Source: Staphylococcus phage S6
Sequence record: LC680885.1
Direction: 5' to 3' (one strand)
DNA length: 64,000 nucleotides
Part shown: piece after piece, positions 1-9,422 of the stretch
Layout: each line of letters begins with the position of its first letter
Numbering within the stretch: position 1 is the stretch's first letter
Made by a program: the position numbers and the translations under genes
Notes under the pieces: generated by a model
Databases searched by the model: none
What the model was told of the DNA's origin: nothing
Seen by the model: only the letters and a program-made list of their open reading frames with translations

Positions 1-177
1 TTTTATAAGTATAATTATATAATTATTTCAATCATTGGTATGTTTATTTTTGAATTGAATAGAGAACATATTAAGTTAATATAGATTTTTAAATTAAAAA
101 TATTATAGAAAATATACAGAGATATATAACAACCTTTTATTAAATATACAAAGAGAGCGAGGATTAAATGAGATATA

Positions 178-2721
178 ATGGCTATAGAATTTAATGATTT
201 TAATAGATTCAGTAAAGATGATTTAAGAAAATACAATCCTCTCTATTTTTATAAAGCATTTACTGAAGAAGATATAGAAAATTTAGATGATGTTATTAAA
301 TATTGTCAAGGTCTAATTATTAAAGATCAGTCAATGGCAGATAAATTAGAATCAAATGACTCAATGATGGAATCTGATTTATATATAAGAGCTAAAGATG
401 ATACGCTTGATGATTACTATTCAGTTTTCGATAGAGATAGTATATTAAGAACGTATAAAGAAAAAAATCCATACTATGGTAAATTAAGAAATTTATATGA
501 TATTGATCCATATGATTCAAGAACGACTAGCGATTTTCAAATAATAAAAGCACTTAATAAAACTTTAGATAATAAAGAAGAATCTATATTATTGGAAAGT
601 TATACAGAATCAGTTGAATATTTTAAAAAAGTAACTCATACTAGAGCGTTTAATAATCAAATATATTACAGAGAAATGTTTTATATGTATCTAATTAATG
701 CAACTCTACATAGATATATTAATAAAACTATGTATAGAATATTCGATGTTGATAGATATACAAGGAGAGATCTTAAAAATGCATTTATATCTAATGGTTT
801 GGATTACTTTGATGAGTTCCCACTTGAATATCAAAGAAGAACTTACAAAAGATTAAATGATTTAATTAGAAATAAAGGCACTAATGAAATATTTCCTATA
901 ATTGAAGAAATATTCTCTATTAATTCTATTGATATTAATAAATATTATCTAGCTAAGCATCCGAATGATTTGAAATTTTATAAAACTAATGTAAATGATA
1001 ATTTCAATCCTTATAAAAATAACCAATATAGCTACAATGAAATTGTCGATCTTGATCCATATTGGAGAAATACTAAAGAAGAAGTTATGGATAAAGCATT
1101 TAACGTTATACAAACTAAATATTTGTCTACTGATGCTGTTATAGATATAATTAATAACAGTAAATCTTTATCATTCTTATACAGTTTAATTAACTTAATG
1201 AAAGAAGATAAAAATATTATCGAAGATGACAGTTTCAATATGACTAATACAAGAATTAGTTCTAGAAAATTTAATGTCTTTGACGGAATTGTTACACTTA
1301 ATACACTTGTCATAAATTATATTAAATGGAATGATAACATTAAGAATGATAAAAATATGAATATATATGCGTATAATTTTAATTCAGATATAAAAGATAC
1401 TGTAGATGATATTCGTAATTATATTTATTCTAGACAATTTGATAAATCAGACTATACTGATTTTGCTAGAGAGTTAAATTTCCTTAATATTAAGAAATTT
1501 AAAAATAGAAATACATTAAGCTATGAAGATATCATAAATGAATATGAATCATCTGACTTAGCTCAAAGACAATTTAAATTCATCTCTGAAATGTTAACTG
1601 GTGAAAATGGATCAACTCAATTAGAATATTATATTGAAAATGATTTAATTATTGATGGTATGCGTTATTTATGGACTCAGATATCAAAACCAGAAAGAAA
1701 CTTCTTATTCAAAAATATTTCTTATTATGAAAACTTTATGAAGATATATAAGAAATTCTTAAATGTAATGGTAAGAGATGGAAGAATTGATAGAGAAGAT
1801 GTATATAAAATAATGATTGAAGACGAATCAATTGATAAAGAATTAAAAGATTTTGTTAAAATTATGAATGTTAGATTTTTAAATGAATCTTACGATAGAT
1901 ATAAAGACAATAAGAATGCTGAAAATATTGAAAATATAGTTACTGCAGTCAGAAAATCTATAGACTATTCAATTAAGAATAATCAATATACTTCTAAAAA
2001 ACAAATATCTAGATATCCTGCATTAAAATCATATATTTCAGATATATTAGTTTATGATGATTCTGATAAAGATTTAATAAATATTTATGATATTATTAAT
2101 ATGTATAAGCATAATGAAAAATTCCGTAAAGAACTAGAAGAATTAATATACAATGCGAATGATCCTCATTTAAGAGAAAAATTTATTACATTGCATAAAC
2201 AACTATTTATCAATAATTCTAGTAATGATGTATTTAATGGATTTAAGACCTATTCAGATTATCTTAAATTTAAGGAACCTGATTTGTATTATTATACTAT
2301 TGTAGAATCAGAAATATATGATGAAGATACATTTGATAGAGAAACTATCTTTAGAGAAAGAATTTTTGAATTAGTTAGTAGTATTGATAATCATTTAAAT
2401 TTAAAAGAACAGTATTTCACTAATAGTAATTTTGTAGGTATAGTTAATTTTATCAGAGATTATATTACTATTTTAATTACATTATTTAAATCTTATTCAA
2501 CTGATTTAATTTATACTAGTCTATTATTTAAATTAGATGATAAATTTGAAAATAGTATACATTTAATAGACGAAGTCAATGTTAAATATAGTGGAACTTC
2601 TAAAAAAGTAGATAAAATCAATACACTCGACAATAAAAATATCATTGATAAAATTAATAGAAAAGAAAGTATTGAGACTAAAGATGAATTAAAAATCTCA
2701 ATAATTAAGAAGGGAGATTAA
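178..2721 (+). CDS. hypothetical large protein (847 aa), possibly virion or head-associated (portal not excluded)
   Basis: Long uninterrupted ORF with an upstream GAGCGAGG RBS-like purine run. It lies at the start of a morphogenesis region. I recognise no diagnostic motif. Confidence 0.5.
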   Translation: MAIEFNDFNRFSKDDLRKYNPLYFYKAFTEEDIENLDDVIKYCQGLIIKDQSMADKLESNDSMMESDLYIRAKDDTLDDYYSVFDRDSILRTYKEKNPYYGKLRNLYDIDPYDSRTTSDFQIIKALNKTLDNKEESILLESYTESVEYFKKVTHTRAFNNQIYYREMFYMYLINATLHRYINKTMYRIFDVDRYTRRDLKNAFISNGLDYFDEFPLEYQRRTYKRLNDLIRNKGTNEIFPIIEEIFSINSIDINKYYLAKHPNDLKFYKTNVNDNFNPYKNNQYSYNEIVDLDPYWRNTKEEVMDKAFNVIQTKYLSTDAVIDIINNSKSLSFLYSLINLMKEDKNIIEDDSFNMTNTRISSRKFNVFDGIVTLNTLVINYIKWNDNIKNDKNMNIYAYNFNSDIKDTVDDIRNYIYSRQFDKSDYTDFARELNFLNIKKFKNRNTLSYEDIINEYESSDLAQRQFKFISEMLTGENGSTQLEYYIENDLIIDGMRYLWTQISKPERNFLFKNISYYENFMKIYKKFLNVMVRDGRIDREDVYKIMIEDESIDKELKDFVKIMNVRFLNESYDRYKDNKNAENIENIVTAVRKSIDYSIKNNQYTSKKQISRYPALKSYISDILVYDDSDKDLINIYDIINMYKHNEKFRKELEELIYNANDPHLREKFITLHKQLFINNSSNDVFNGFKTYSDYLKFKEPDLYYYTIVESEIYDEDTFDRETIFRERIFELVSSIDNHLNLKEQYFTNSNFVGIVNFIRDYITILITLFKSYSTDLIYTSLLFKLDDKFENSIHLIDEVNVKYSGTSKKVDKINTLDNKNIIDKINRKESIETKDELKISIIKKGD

Positions 2722-2726
2722 AAAGC

Positions 2727-3563
2727 TTGTTTAATTTTGATAGATTTTCAAGAAGACTTGTTGAAAGTAACGCTATGGAACAAGAAAAAATAGATGAGAT
2801 AAGCTCAAGAGTGGAAACAAGAGACTCTAACGCTATTAATATCAAATCAGATTTTAAAGAAGATATAGGAAATTATATTAAAGGTATTGTTAAATTTTCT
2901 AATCCTAGAACAGGTGAACTAATACATCAAGAAGAAAATTTAGTTTTAATGAGAACTCGTGTTTGGTTATTAGAAAAATTATTTGGTAAAGGTATACCTT
3001 CAAACTATAATGCAGATAGTACTCCTGATCGTACAATTTGTTTATTCTCGATTGGGTCAGGTGGAGCAGATGTTAACAATGCAGCTTTTTCTCCTTATAC
3101 AGTTAAGTATTCGGATCAAAAATTAAATAGACCAATTCCATTTGTAGTAGAAAATCCAGATAAAGAAAACTCTGATTTAACTGCAAATAATCCTAGTATG
3201 ATTGAAGAATTATCTGATGAACAGAGAAGAAAATATTATCTTCCTGAAGATAAACAAGATGGAACCACTAGTTTCTATGGTAAACGTTTTACTAATGCAA
3301 CTAAAGAAAATCCTCTTGGAGATTCAAAAGGATGGATTATTGATAATGAAGATGGTTCAGTAGCATTTTCATTAAAAATGTCAGTAGAACCAGATGAAGC
3401 TAGAGGTTCTATCGTAAATGAATTAGGTTTATGGTTAGCTAAATATAATGAAACTGAAAATAAATTTGATGGTACTGAATTAGCTACAAGACTTACATTT
3501 GATAGTCGTTCTTTAAAGAACTTATCAGATGGATTAGATATAGAATATATTATTTATATTTAA
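2727..3563 (+). CDS. hypothetical protein (278 aa)
   Basis: ORF with a TTG start 6 nt after the previous stop and an AAGGGAG RBS. A hairpin terminator follows it. Confidence 0.5.
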   Translation: MFNFDRFSRRLVESNAMEQEKIDEISSRVETRDSNAINIKSDFKEDIGNYIKGIVKFSNPRTGELIHQEENLVLMRTRVWLLEKLFGKGIPSNYNADSTPDRTICLFSIGSGGADVNNAAFSPYTVKYSDQKLNRPIPFVVENPDKENSDLTANNPSMIEELSDEQRRKYYLPEDKQDGTTSFYGKRFTNATKENPLGDSKGWIIDNEDGSVAFSLKMSVEPDEARGSIVNELGLWLAKYNETENKFDGTELATRLTFDSRSLKNLSDGLDIEYIIYI

Positions 3564-3570
3564 TAAAATA

Positions 3571-3612
3571 ACCACAACGATAAATTAATATCGTTGTGGT
3601 ATATTTATTTTT
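3571..3612. terminator. bidirectional intrinsic terminator hairpin
   Basis: Inverted repeat ACCACAACGATA...TATCGTTGTGGT with T-rich tracts on both sides. It sits between convergent ORFs. Confidence 0.6.
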
Positions 3613-3823
3613 TATCTTGTTCTTTTATCTCTTCTAATAGGATTTCATTAAAAGTAGATAACTTATCTATTACTTTTCTTTGATTTCTATTTTCTTTTTC
3701 TATCATATTAATTCTTATAGATATATCTTCCAAATTCTTAAGGATTAATTTAGTTCTTACAATTAATGGTAGACTTATTAATAAGAAATATATTAAGAGG
3801 CAAAGGATAACAAGCTGTATCAA
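3605..3823 (-). CDS. small type-II-like membrane protein (72 aa), holin/spanin-like candidate
   Basis: N-terminal hydrophobic helix LVILCLLIYFLLISLPLIV followed by a charged coiled-coil tail. It is adjacent to the PG-binding and amidase-like ORFs. Confidence 0.4.
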   Translation of the reverse strand: MIQLVILCLLIYFLLISLPLIVRTKLILKNLEDISIRINMIEKENRNQRKVIDKLSTFNEILLEEIKEQDKK

Positions 3824-3892
3824 TAGCGGTTTCCTCCAGTACTTACATTATAGAAAAAATTTTATAGAAAAGGGAGCGTTGATGAAAATACT

Positions 3893-4561
3893 ATGAATTA
3901 TAAAGAATCGTTTAAAGAATTTGACTTCAGCAGAGACTTTGAAGCTGTAGTCATAGATAACTCAGATTTTGATACAAAATATGAAGTTAAGCTATTTGTT
4001 TTTGAACTAATAATGACCACCTTGCAAGATTCCCCAAGAAATATCAAAAGAAATCTATATGCATCAAATATTATTAACATAGAAGATTTAGATATATCTG
4101 AGAATATTGATATTGGAAATTATTTAGTCTGTCAACCGTTGATGAATAATGATCTTGATAAACCTTTAAGAAAACCTGAATTATATGACAGAGTTTTACT
4201 TAAATTCCATAATGCAAATCCTAAATTCCCATATTATTACGATATGCATCTTCCAAGAAAATATAAACCTGAAGAACCTCATATTCCTAATAGAAGACAA
4301 ATCAAAGGGAACTATTATAGATTGCTTATGTATAGAGAAGAAAACATGACAGGAAATGACGTTAATGTAGTAGGAATAACATTAAACGGTCTAGGATATT
4401 CTGTCAATAAATATGATAGTAAAAACTATATATTCGATAGAACCATGTTAGAATCATTGTTACAATTCCAAAAAGATAATAACCTTAAACAAGATGGAGA
4501 CGTTGGACCAATTACATTTAACAAATTAATAGAAAAATACAATGCAATTAGTTATTGTTAG
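3893..4561 (+). CDS. protein with C-terminal PG_binding_1-like peptidoglycan-binding domain (222 aa)
   Basis: C-terminus ITLNGLGYSVN...LLQFQKDNNLKQDGDVGPITFNKL matches the LGY...FQ...GL..DG.VG..T signature. It has a GGGAG-type RBS (AAAAGGGAGCG). Confidence 0.6.
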   Translation: MNYKESFKEFDFSRDFEAVVIDNSDFDTKYEVKLFVFELIMTTLQDSPRNIKRNLYASNIINIEDLDISENIDIGNYLVCQPLMNNDLDKPLRKPELYDRVLLKFHNANPKFPYYYDMHLPRKYKPEEPHIPNRRQIKGNYYRLLMYREENMTGNDVNVVGITLNGLGYSVNKYDSKNYIFDRTMLESLLQFQKDNNLKQDGDVGPITFNKLIEKYNAISYC

Positions 4562-4578
4562 AAATGAGGAATTAAAAA

Positions 4579-5163
4579 ATGTATTATGAAATTAAACAAG
4601 ATAGACGAAGAAGAAGTAATACCTTTCAAACACATATAATAATTACTCATATGAATAATTTAATACTTAAAGAAAATAAATTTAGTGACAGAAATTTACT
4701 TAAAGGTTCTTATAAATATTCTTGGGGTAAAGTTCAGAATTATTTAATTAGACATGCTAATATTAGAGCATTACCTATGCATTATTATGTGGAATTAATA
4801 GATAAGGATTATGCTGTTATGGAAGGATTATCCGATTATAAACCTAGTTATTACCTTCAAGAATTAGCAGATAAAGGAATTATACCTCAGAAATATAAAA
4901 ATAGTATTTTAATAGCTGTGGCTGATGATTTTAATTTATATAATCCTGATGTGAGGATGTTTAAACATCTAGCAGATAAATTATTAGTGCCTTTATGTAA
5001 AAGACATCGATTAAGTTTTCATGAGATAAAATTATTAGATGAAATTTATAGAGATGACTATCTTGATCATCTTGATGAAAATCGTTTTGAAACTAAATCT
5101 ATGAATAGATTTGATAAACATAGATTAAAAAATCAATTTAATATTTATAATGTAATGAAATAA
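4579..5163 (+). CDS. hypothetical protein (194 aa) with weak Amidase_2/PGRP-like pattern
   Basis: Segments THIIITH, HYYVEL, NSILIAVAD and FHEIK line up loosely with T7-lysozyme-type amidase blocks, but the Zn-ligand Cys was not found. It lies directly downstream of the PG-binding ORF. Confidence 0.35.
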   Translation: MYYEIKQDRRRRSNTFQTHIIITHMNNLILKENKFSDRNLLKGSYKYSWGKVQNYLIRHANIRALPMHYYVELIDKDYAVMEGLSDYKPSYYLQELADKGIIPQKYKNSILIAVADDFNLYNPDVRMFKHLADKLLVPLCKRHRLSFHEIKLLDEIYRDDYLDHLDENRFETKSMNRFDKHRLKNQFNIYNVMK

Positions 5164-5195
5164 AATTTATTTATATTTTGTTACTAACAATATAA

Positions 5196-5240
5196 ATATA
5201 GAAATCTAAATTTCTATATTGTTTTACCTTTTGTTTTGTC
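5196..5240 (+). terminator. intrinsic terminator hairpin
   Basis: ATATAGAAAT-ctaa-ATTTCTATAT stem followed by a T-rich run (TGTTTTACCTTTTGTTTTG). Confidence 0.5.
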
Positions 5241-5501
5241 TTATGTTTGTGCTCTGATTTCAAAGTCATTTTGCTCTTAACTTCGTATAGTATAAAACTT
5301 TGCTATTTATAATTTTTTTAGCTAAGTTAATAAAGCTTATAAGCTTTATTGGACAAACTGCCATGTCAAATTTATAAATAACTTACAATATATTAGCGTA
5401 TTAAGTTTTTATAATAAAAAAATTATTGCTTTCGCTTAATGATTAAATTTCTATTTTAATCTTTATTTATGATTTACTCCTTATATAAATAAAAAATAAA
5501 T

Positions 5502-5540
5502 CCCCAATACCATAGAAAAATGGTATTGGGGTATTTTATT
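5502..5540. terminator. bidirectional terminator hairpin
   Basis: CCCCAATACCAT...ATGGTATTGGGG stem, with an A-run on the left and a T-run on the right. It sits at the 3' end of the minus-strand ORF 5539-6252. Confidence 0.6.
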
Positions 5541-6252
5541 AACCGAAATATAATTTCTTTCTGTTACTATTAAATATAGAATAATTTTCCATCTTTTCTA
5601 CTAACTCTCTACGTTTATCTCTTGCTTCACGTAAATCATCCATATTAAGATTTAATTCTCCAAAAGTAGTTTGTAAGCTCTGGAATCTACTTCTCATAGC
5701 ATATAATGATATTTGAACATCATAAGAAGCTAATTCTAAGAAATAGTCATGCATATTATTTGGTACAGAACCAAAATGTTTATCATGATAAGTATTCAGA
5801 ACGATTAGTAAATTAACAGAACCAATTACAGCAGAACTTAATATTTCTATTTTATTAGGATGGTGATATCTAAAAGTAGATGGTGATAAATTAATTGCCA
5901 TTAAGTCAGACATCATTTGACTATCTATAGGATTTCCCATAGCGAATCCTGCATAAGGACTCATATTACCTGCATAACCTGTTAAATTAGTAATAGGATT
6001 ATTAGCACCAATTACTCTATTAATATTAACTATAGGATTCTCAGAATCTATATAGAACATATTTGTAGTTCCTTCTACTTTATCTTCCGGTTTTATAATT
6101 ACTCTTTCTTGTTTAGGATGAAATTTACTAAATGTAGGAATAGTGAATCTTTCTACTGTTTTAATAATTTCATCAGGTTTTAATTCTAAATCAGTGAACA
6201 TGAAACCTACGTCACGTTCAATATAGTTAAGTATTTCTGTATTGGTTAACAT
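5539..6252 (-). CDS. hypothetical protein (237 aa), head-morphogenesis neighbourhood
   Basis: ORF immediately downstream of the protease exon 2 on the same strand. Confidence 0.5.
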   Translation of the reverse strand: MLTNTEILNYIERDVGFMFTDLELKPDEIIKTVERFTIPTFSKFHPKQERVIIKPEDKVEGTTNMFYIDSENPIVNINRVIGANNPITNLTGYAGNMSPYAGFAMGNPIDSQMMSDLMAINLSPSTFRYHHPNKIEILSSAVIGSVNLLIVLNTYHDKHFGSVPNNMHDYFLELASYDVQISLYAMRSRFQSLQTTFGELNLNMDDLREARDKRRELVEKMENYSIFNSNRKKLYFG

Positions 6253-6276
6253 AACCTTTAATCACATCCATACATA

Positions 6277-6912
6277 TTATTTAAAGTTTCTATAGAAATC
6301 ATCAAGTCCATTAAGAACAGATTCTTCTAAGAAAACTTTGATAGTTTTATTACTTTCTCTAATTGAAGCTAATTGAGAACCTTTATCATAACTGATATTA
6401 GATTCATCAACTCCAGCAAATCCCATATCTTCTGCAATGTATTTCACATTATCTGAATTTTCTTTAATATAAGTTAAAACTTCTCTAGGAGAGAATTCAG
6501 TAATTTTACCATTAGCAAACATATCAATTGATTCATTTACCATTTGTAAATCATTAGGATTATAGTTATTATGACCTTCTGAAATAATATTTTGAATATA
6601 AGAATCTTGATGAGATGGAATTACTACCCAATCATAACAAATTAATCTTAAAGGCTTAGTAACTTCAACTTCACCAGAAGGTGTTCTATTAATTTTACTG
6701 AAACCACGCATTGAGAAAGATACGTCAGATTTTTGTCCAATTAATCCTTTCATATCTTTACCAGCTGCAGTTTGAGCTGTTTCTACTTCTCCCATTAATT
6801 TATTACCATTCCACCAAGTTCTAGTAACAATATGAGAAATATTGCGTTGATCAATATACATTTGACGTTTAGGTTCATCACTTAAGGGATGTCCTGATTC
6901 CATTATCTTCAT
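6277..6912 (-). CDS. prohead protease, exon 2 (true exon probably begins near 6900 at GAA-TCA-GGA-CAT-CCC = ESGHP)
   Basis: No Shine-Dalgarno sequence precedes the ORF ATG and in-frame stops lie just upstream. ESGHP...SHIV..WWNGN..MG...SMRG resembles the His and Ser regions of T4 gp21-type prohead proteases (recollection, not a search). Confidence 0.6.
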   Translation of the reverse strand: MKIMESGHPLSDEPKRQMYIDQRNISHIVTRTWWNGNKLMGEVETAQTAAGKDMKGLIGQKSDVSFSMRGFSKINRTPSGEVEVTKPLRLICYDWVVIPSHQDSYIQNIISEGHNNYNPNDLQMVNESIDMFANGKITEFSPREVLTYIKENSDNVKYIAEDMGFAGVDESNISYDKGSQLASIRESNKTIKVFLEESVLNGLDDFYRNFK

Positions 6913-8071
6913 ATAAGTTCGTTAGACTTATACCGTCTTAAAAAGACTGCTCTATAATTTCTATAGAAGATGAGACCATATCAAAATCCTTTATAAGAAC
7001 AAAGGACCTCTCAAATTTCGATTTCACTTGAAATCTACTCCCTATAGGGATGGTCGTTGAACTATCCAATTAAAGTTAAATCTTTCTTTCTACAATTACA
7101 AATTTTTGTATTATGGAAGTCACACATATTGTATCTTTCATATTTTATGTCATTGAAGTTTCTTGTAGGTTTATAACAAATACAAAATTTGTATTGATTT
7201 TCTTTAGGTATTAAATAGAAATAGGGTCTAAGTAAATCTAAAAAATCTAGTATATCGTCAAATTTTTTCATACCAATATCTTTTATTTTTCCTTTTTCTC
7301 TCATGACTTTAAAATTTAAATTAAATTTTTCATTAACTTCTTTAACGAATTTTTCAATATCTTCATCTCTATATGAAGCTAAAGTTATTTTTAATCTTCT
7401 ACTTAAAGTTGGTTTTCTATTATTTGGTCTCTTTTGATAACCCACTGAAAGTGAGCCATCATCGATATACCAGTATAATAGAACTAAAGGATCAATAAAA
7501 TTTATTTCTGGTAATTTTCTAGAATTATCTTCATATCTTGATATTTCAATCATATTACGAATTAATTCTTTCTCTTTTGAGCTTATACTAAATCTTAAAG
7601 TATTAAAATGACCTTTTCTTATCTTATTAGTTTTGTAATGCTCACTAATAATATTGTATTTTCTATTTATATATTCTACTTCTTTTATGGACTCTTGAGT
7701 AAATCCTAGAGATGGATTAATATTATTTCCTCTCGGAGTTTCTATATGTCCATCACCAAGTAGACTTCCTAAAATAATAGAATTAACTTTTTCTTTTTCC
7801 ATATTAATCATTCCCTTAATTTTATAATTATTTGTTAAGGGTGTCCTAATTAATAGGTAAAAGAGGATAGCTGCTGATTATCCATTATTAACAGTACTTA
7901 GGACCTTATATTATTAAATGTATAAAAATAATAAAAGGCTTTTATTTCACCATATACCATCTTAACTATTGTTTCTACTTTTCAGTAACCATTAAGGTTA
8001 GTTAAGCTTTAGGAGTTCCCAGCAATTAAAGAGATTTCGACACTATATTACTATAGTGAAGGGCAAATTCT
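6901..8071 (-). mobile_element. group-I-type self-splicing intron (about 1.17 kb) carrying a homing endonuclease gene
   Basis: Two same-strand ORFs share one protease alignment across the gap. The downstream ORF lacks an RBS and the upstream ORF is truncated by a stop. A free-standing LAGLIDADG ORF sits between non-coding flanks of about 260 and 160 nt. The intron ends in G before GAA, and a U precedes the proposed 5' splice site. Confidence 0.55.
7062..7811 (-). CDS. LAGLIDADG homing endonuclease (249 aa)
   Basis: Two LAGLIDADG motifs are present: ILGSLLGDGHI and LLYWYIDDGSLSV. It is free-standing with its own start codon. Confidence 0.85.
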   Translation of the reverse strand: MINMEKEKVNSIILGSLLGDGHIETPRGNNINPSLGFTQESIKEVEYINRKYNIISEHYKTNKIRKGHFNTLRFSISSKEKELIRNMIEISRYEDNSRKLPEINFIDPLVLLYWYIDDGSLSVGYQKRPNNRKPTLSRRLKITLASYRDEDIEKFVKEVNEKFNLNFKVMREKGKIKDIGMKKFDDILDFLDLLRPYFYLIPKENQYKFCICYKPTRNFNDIKYERYNMCDFHNTKICNCRKKDLTLIG

Positions 8072-8290
8072 ACCATAAAAAGTTCTTCTTGCTAATTTTT
8101 CTTGTATTACTGGACTATCTAAACCACTTTGAATAACATCTTTACGATAAACACGACCATTACGGTTTTGTCTATCCGCTTCTTGTAACTCAGCAATGAA
8201 TCTAACCGATTTATTATTATCTTGAACCACTTCTGGTTGAGAAGTTGTATTAGATTCATTAATAAGATAAGCTTTTATATCTTTAGACAT
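8051..8290 (-). CDS. prohead protease, exon 1 (true exon probably ends near 8072 after ...RRTFYG)
   Basis: AAAGGAAG RBS. NGRVYRKDVI...GLD...RRTFYG resembles the gp21-type N-terminal region. The ORF runs into a stop 6 codons into the intron. Confidence 0.6.
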   Translation of the reverse strand: MSKDIKAYLINESNTTSQPEVVQDNNKSVRFIAELQEADRQNRNGRVYRKDVIQSGLDSPVIQEKLARRTFYGRICPSL

Positions 8291-8390
8291 TTATTTAACT
8301 TCCTTTCACATATTAAATTTAGAATATTTAAATGTTTGATAAGCAATTTTAACAATAGAATATTAACCTTAATGAAAATATGAATAGGAT

Positions 8391-9422
8391 GTGAAATACT
8401 TGAAGAATTTCAATGAAGTAGAAAGTGAATTAAAATATTTCATAGAACAAACAGATAACGATTCTTTTCCTGTTGATTTATATGATAAATTAATTGATAT
8501 TGAAAAGTATGCAGATGTAGATTCTTTTACAAGTGATCAAGTTAGGAAATCGGTTAAATATCTTGTTGCTTTAAAAGATTCACTAGAAAGATTTGAAATT
8601 GAAAATGAACAGTCTGAAATGGCAGTTAATATGGTTCTTCATAAAATAGAATTTTTAAAAGATAAGTATAATACTCTTTATATTAATAAACGTGTTCCAA
8701 ATAATGGTTACATAGATAATTTATATAAAGAAGATTTCAGTTCTAATATTAATACAGAATTTAATTTTAAACAATTAACTGTAGCATTAGCTGAAAGCCC
8801 TGCTGATTCTAAACTAGAAAGAAAAGCTGTTATTAATTTCTTAATGGAAGGTAATATGAATTATCTTAATGAAGCTTATGACAATGAAGCTTATGACGAT
8901 GATGATGAAGATTATCTTGATGGTCTTGATAGTAGTTTTGAAACTTCTAAAGAACCTAAAGTTGCTGAAAAGAATTTAAATAGATTAATTGGTTCTGTTA
9001 AAAAAGCAACCGCTTCTTCTAAAAATATGAATGATAAACAATTAGCTAAAGCTAATCGCATTAGATTTGTAAGAGCTTTATTAACTGGAATTTTATTCTG
9101 TATCGGTTTAAAAATTAGTTCAGCAGCTATTGGTAAAGCTAAAACAGCTTTAATAGGGTTATTGACTGTAATTGTTTATAATGCAAGTAAAGGTAATGAA
9201 CTTAATAGACTTATCATTGTATTAGAAGAAAGAATCCAAACTTTAGAGAATAGAATTGATTCGACTGATGATGGAGAAAAGAGAAAAGAATTAAGAATAT
9301 TAAAATCAGATTTAGAAGGTCAACTTAAGAAAGCTAATTTCCAAAAGAAATCTATTGAGAAAACTAAAAATGCGATTTCTCGTGGAGATGTAAACGATAG
9401 TGGGTCAGCGTATGACTATTAA
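8391..9422 (+). CDS. coiled-coil/acidic protein with hydrophobic segment (343 aa), scaffold- or core-like
   Basis: GTG start. Acidic stretch DNEAYDDDDEDYLDGLD. It is followed by, and overlaps, the acidic ORF upstream of the putative MCP. Confidence 0.45.
   Translation: MKYLKNFNEVESELKYFIEQTDNDSFPVDLYDKLIDIEKYADVDSFTSDQVRKSVKYLVALKDSLERFEIENEQSEMAVNMVLHKIEFLKDKYNTLYINKRVPNNGYIDNLYKEDFSSNINTEFNFKQLTVALAESPADSKLERKAVINFLMEGNMNYLNEAYDNEAYDDDDEDYLDGLDSSFETSKEPKVAEKNLNRLIGSVKKATASSKNMNDKQLAKANRIRFVRALLTGILFCIGLKISSAAIGKAKTALIGLLTVIVYNASKGNELNRLIIVLEERIQTLENRIDSTDDGEKRKELRILKSDLEGQLKKANFQKKSIEKTKNAISRGDVNDSGSAYDY

Noticed and set aside
15-1313. Short minus-strand ORFs 15-236 and 1032-1313
   Set aside because: They have no RBS, overlap a long well-supported plus-strand gene, and are hydrophobic or low-complexity. 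They are typical spurious ORFs in AT-rich DNA.
6901-8071. Intein instead of intron for the protease interruption
   Set aside because: The endonuclease ORF has its own start codon and is flanked by stops in the host-gene frame, and the insertion is not in-frame. Inteins are translated in-frame as part of the host protein.
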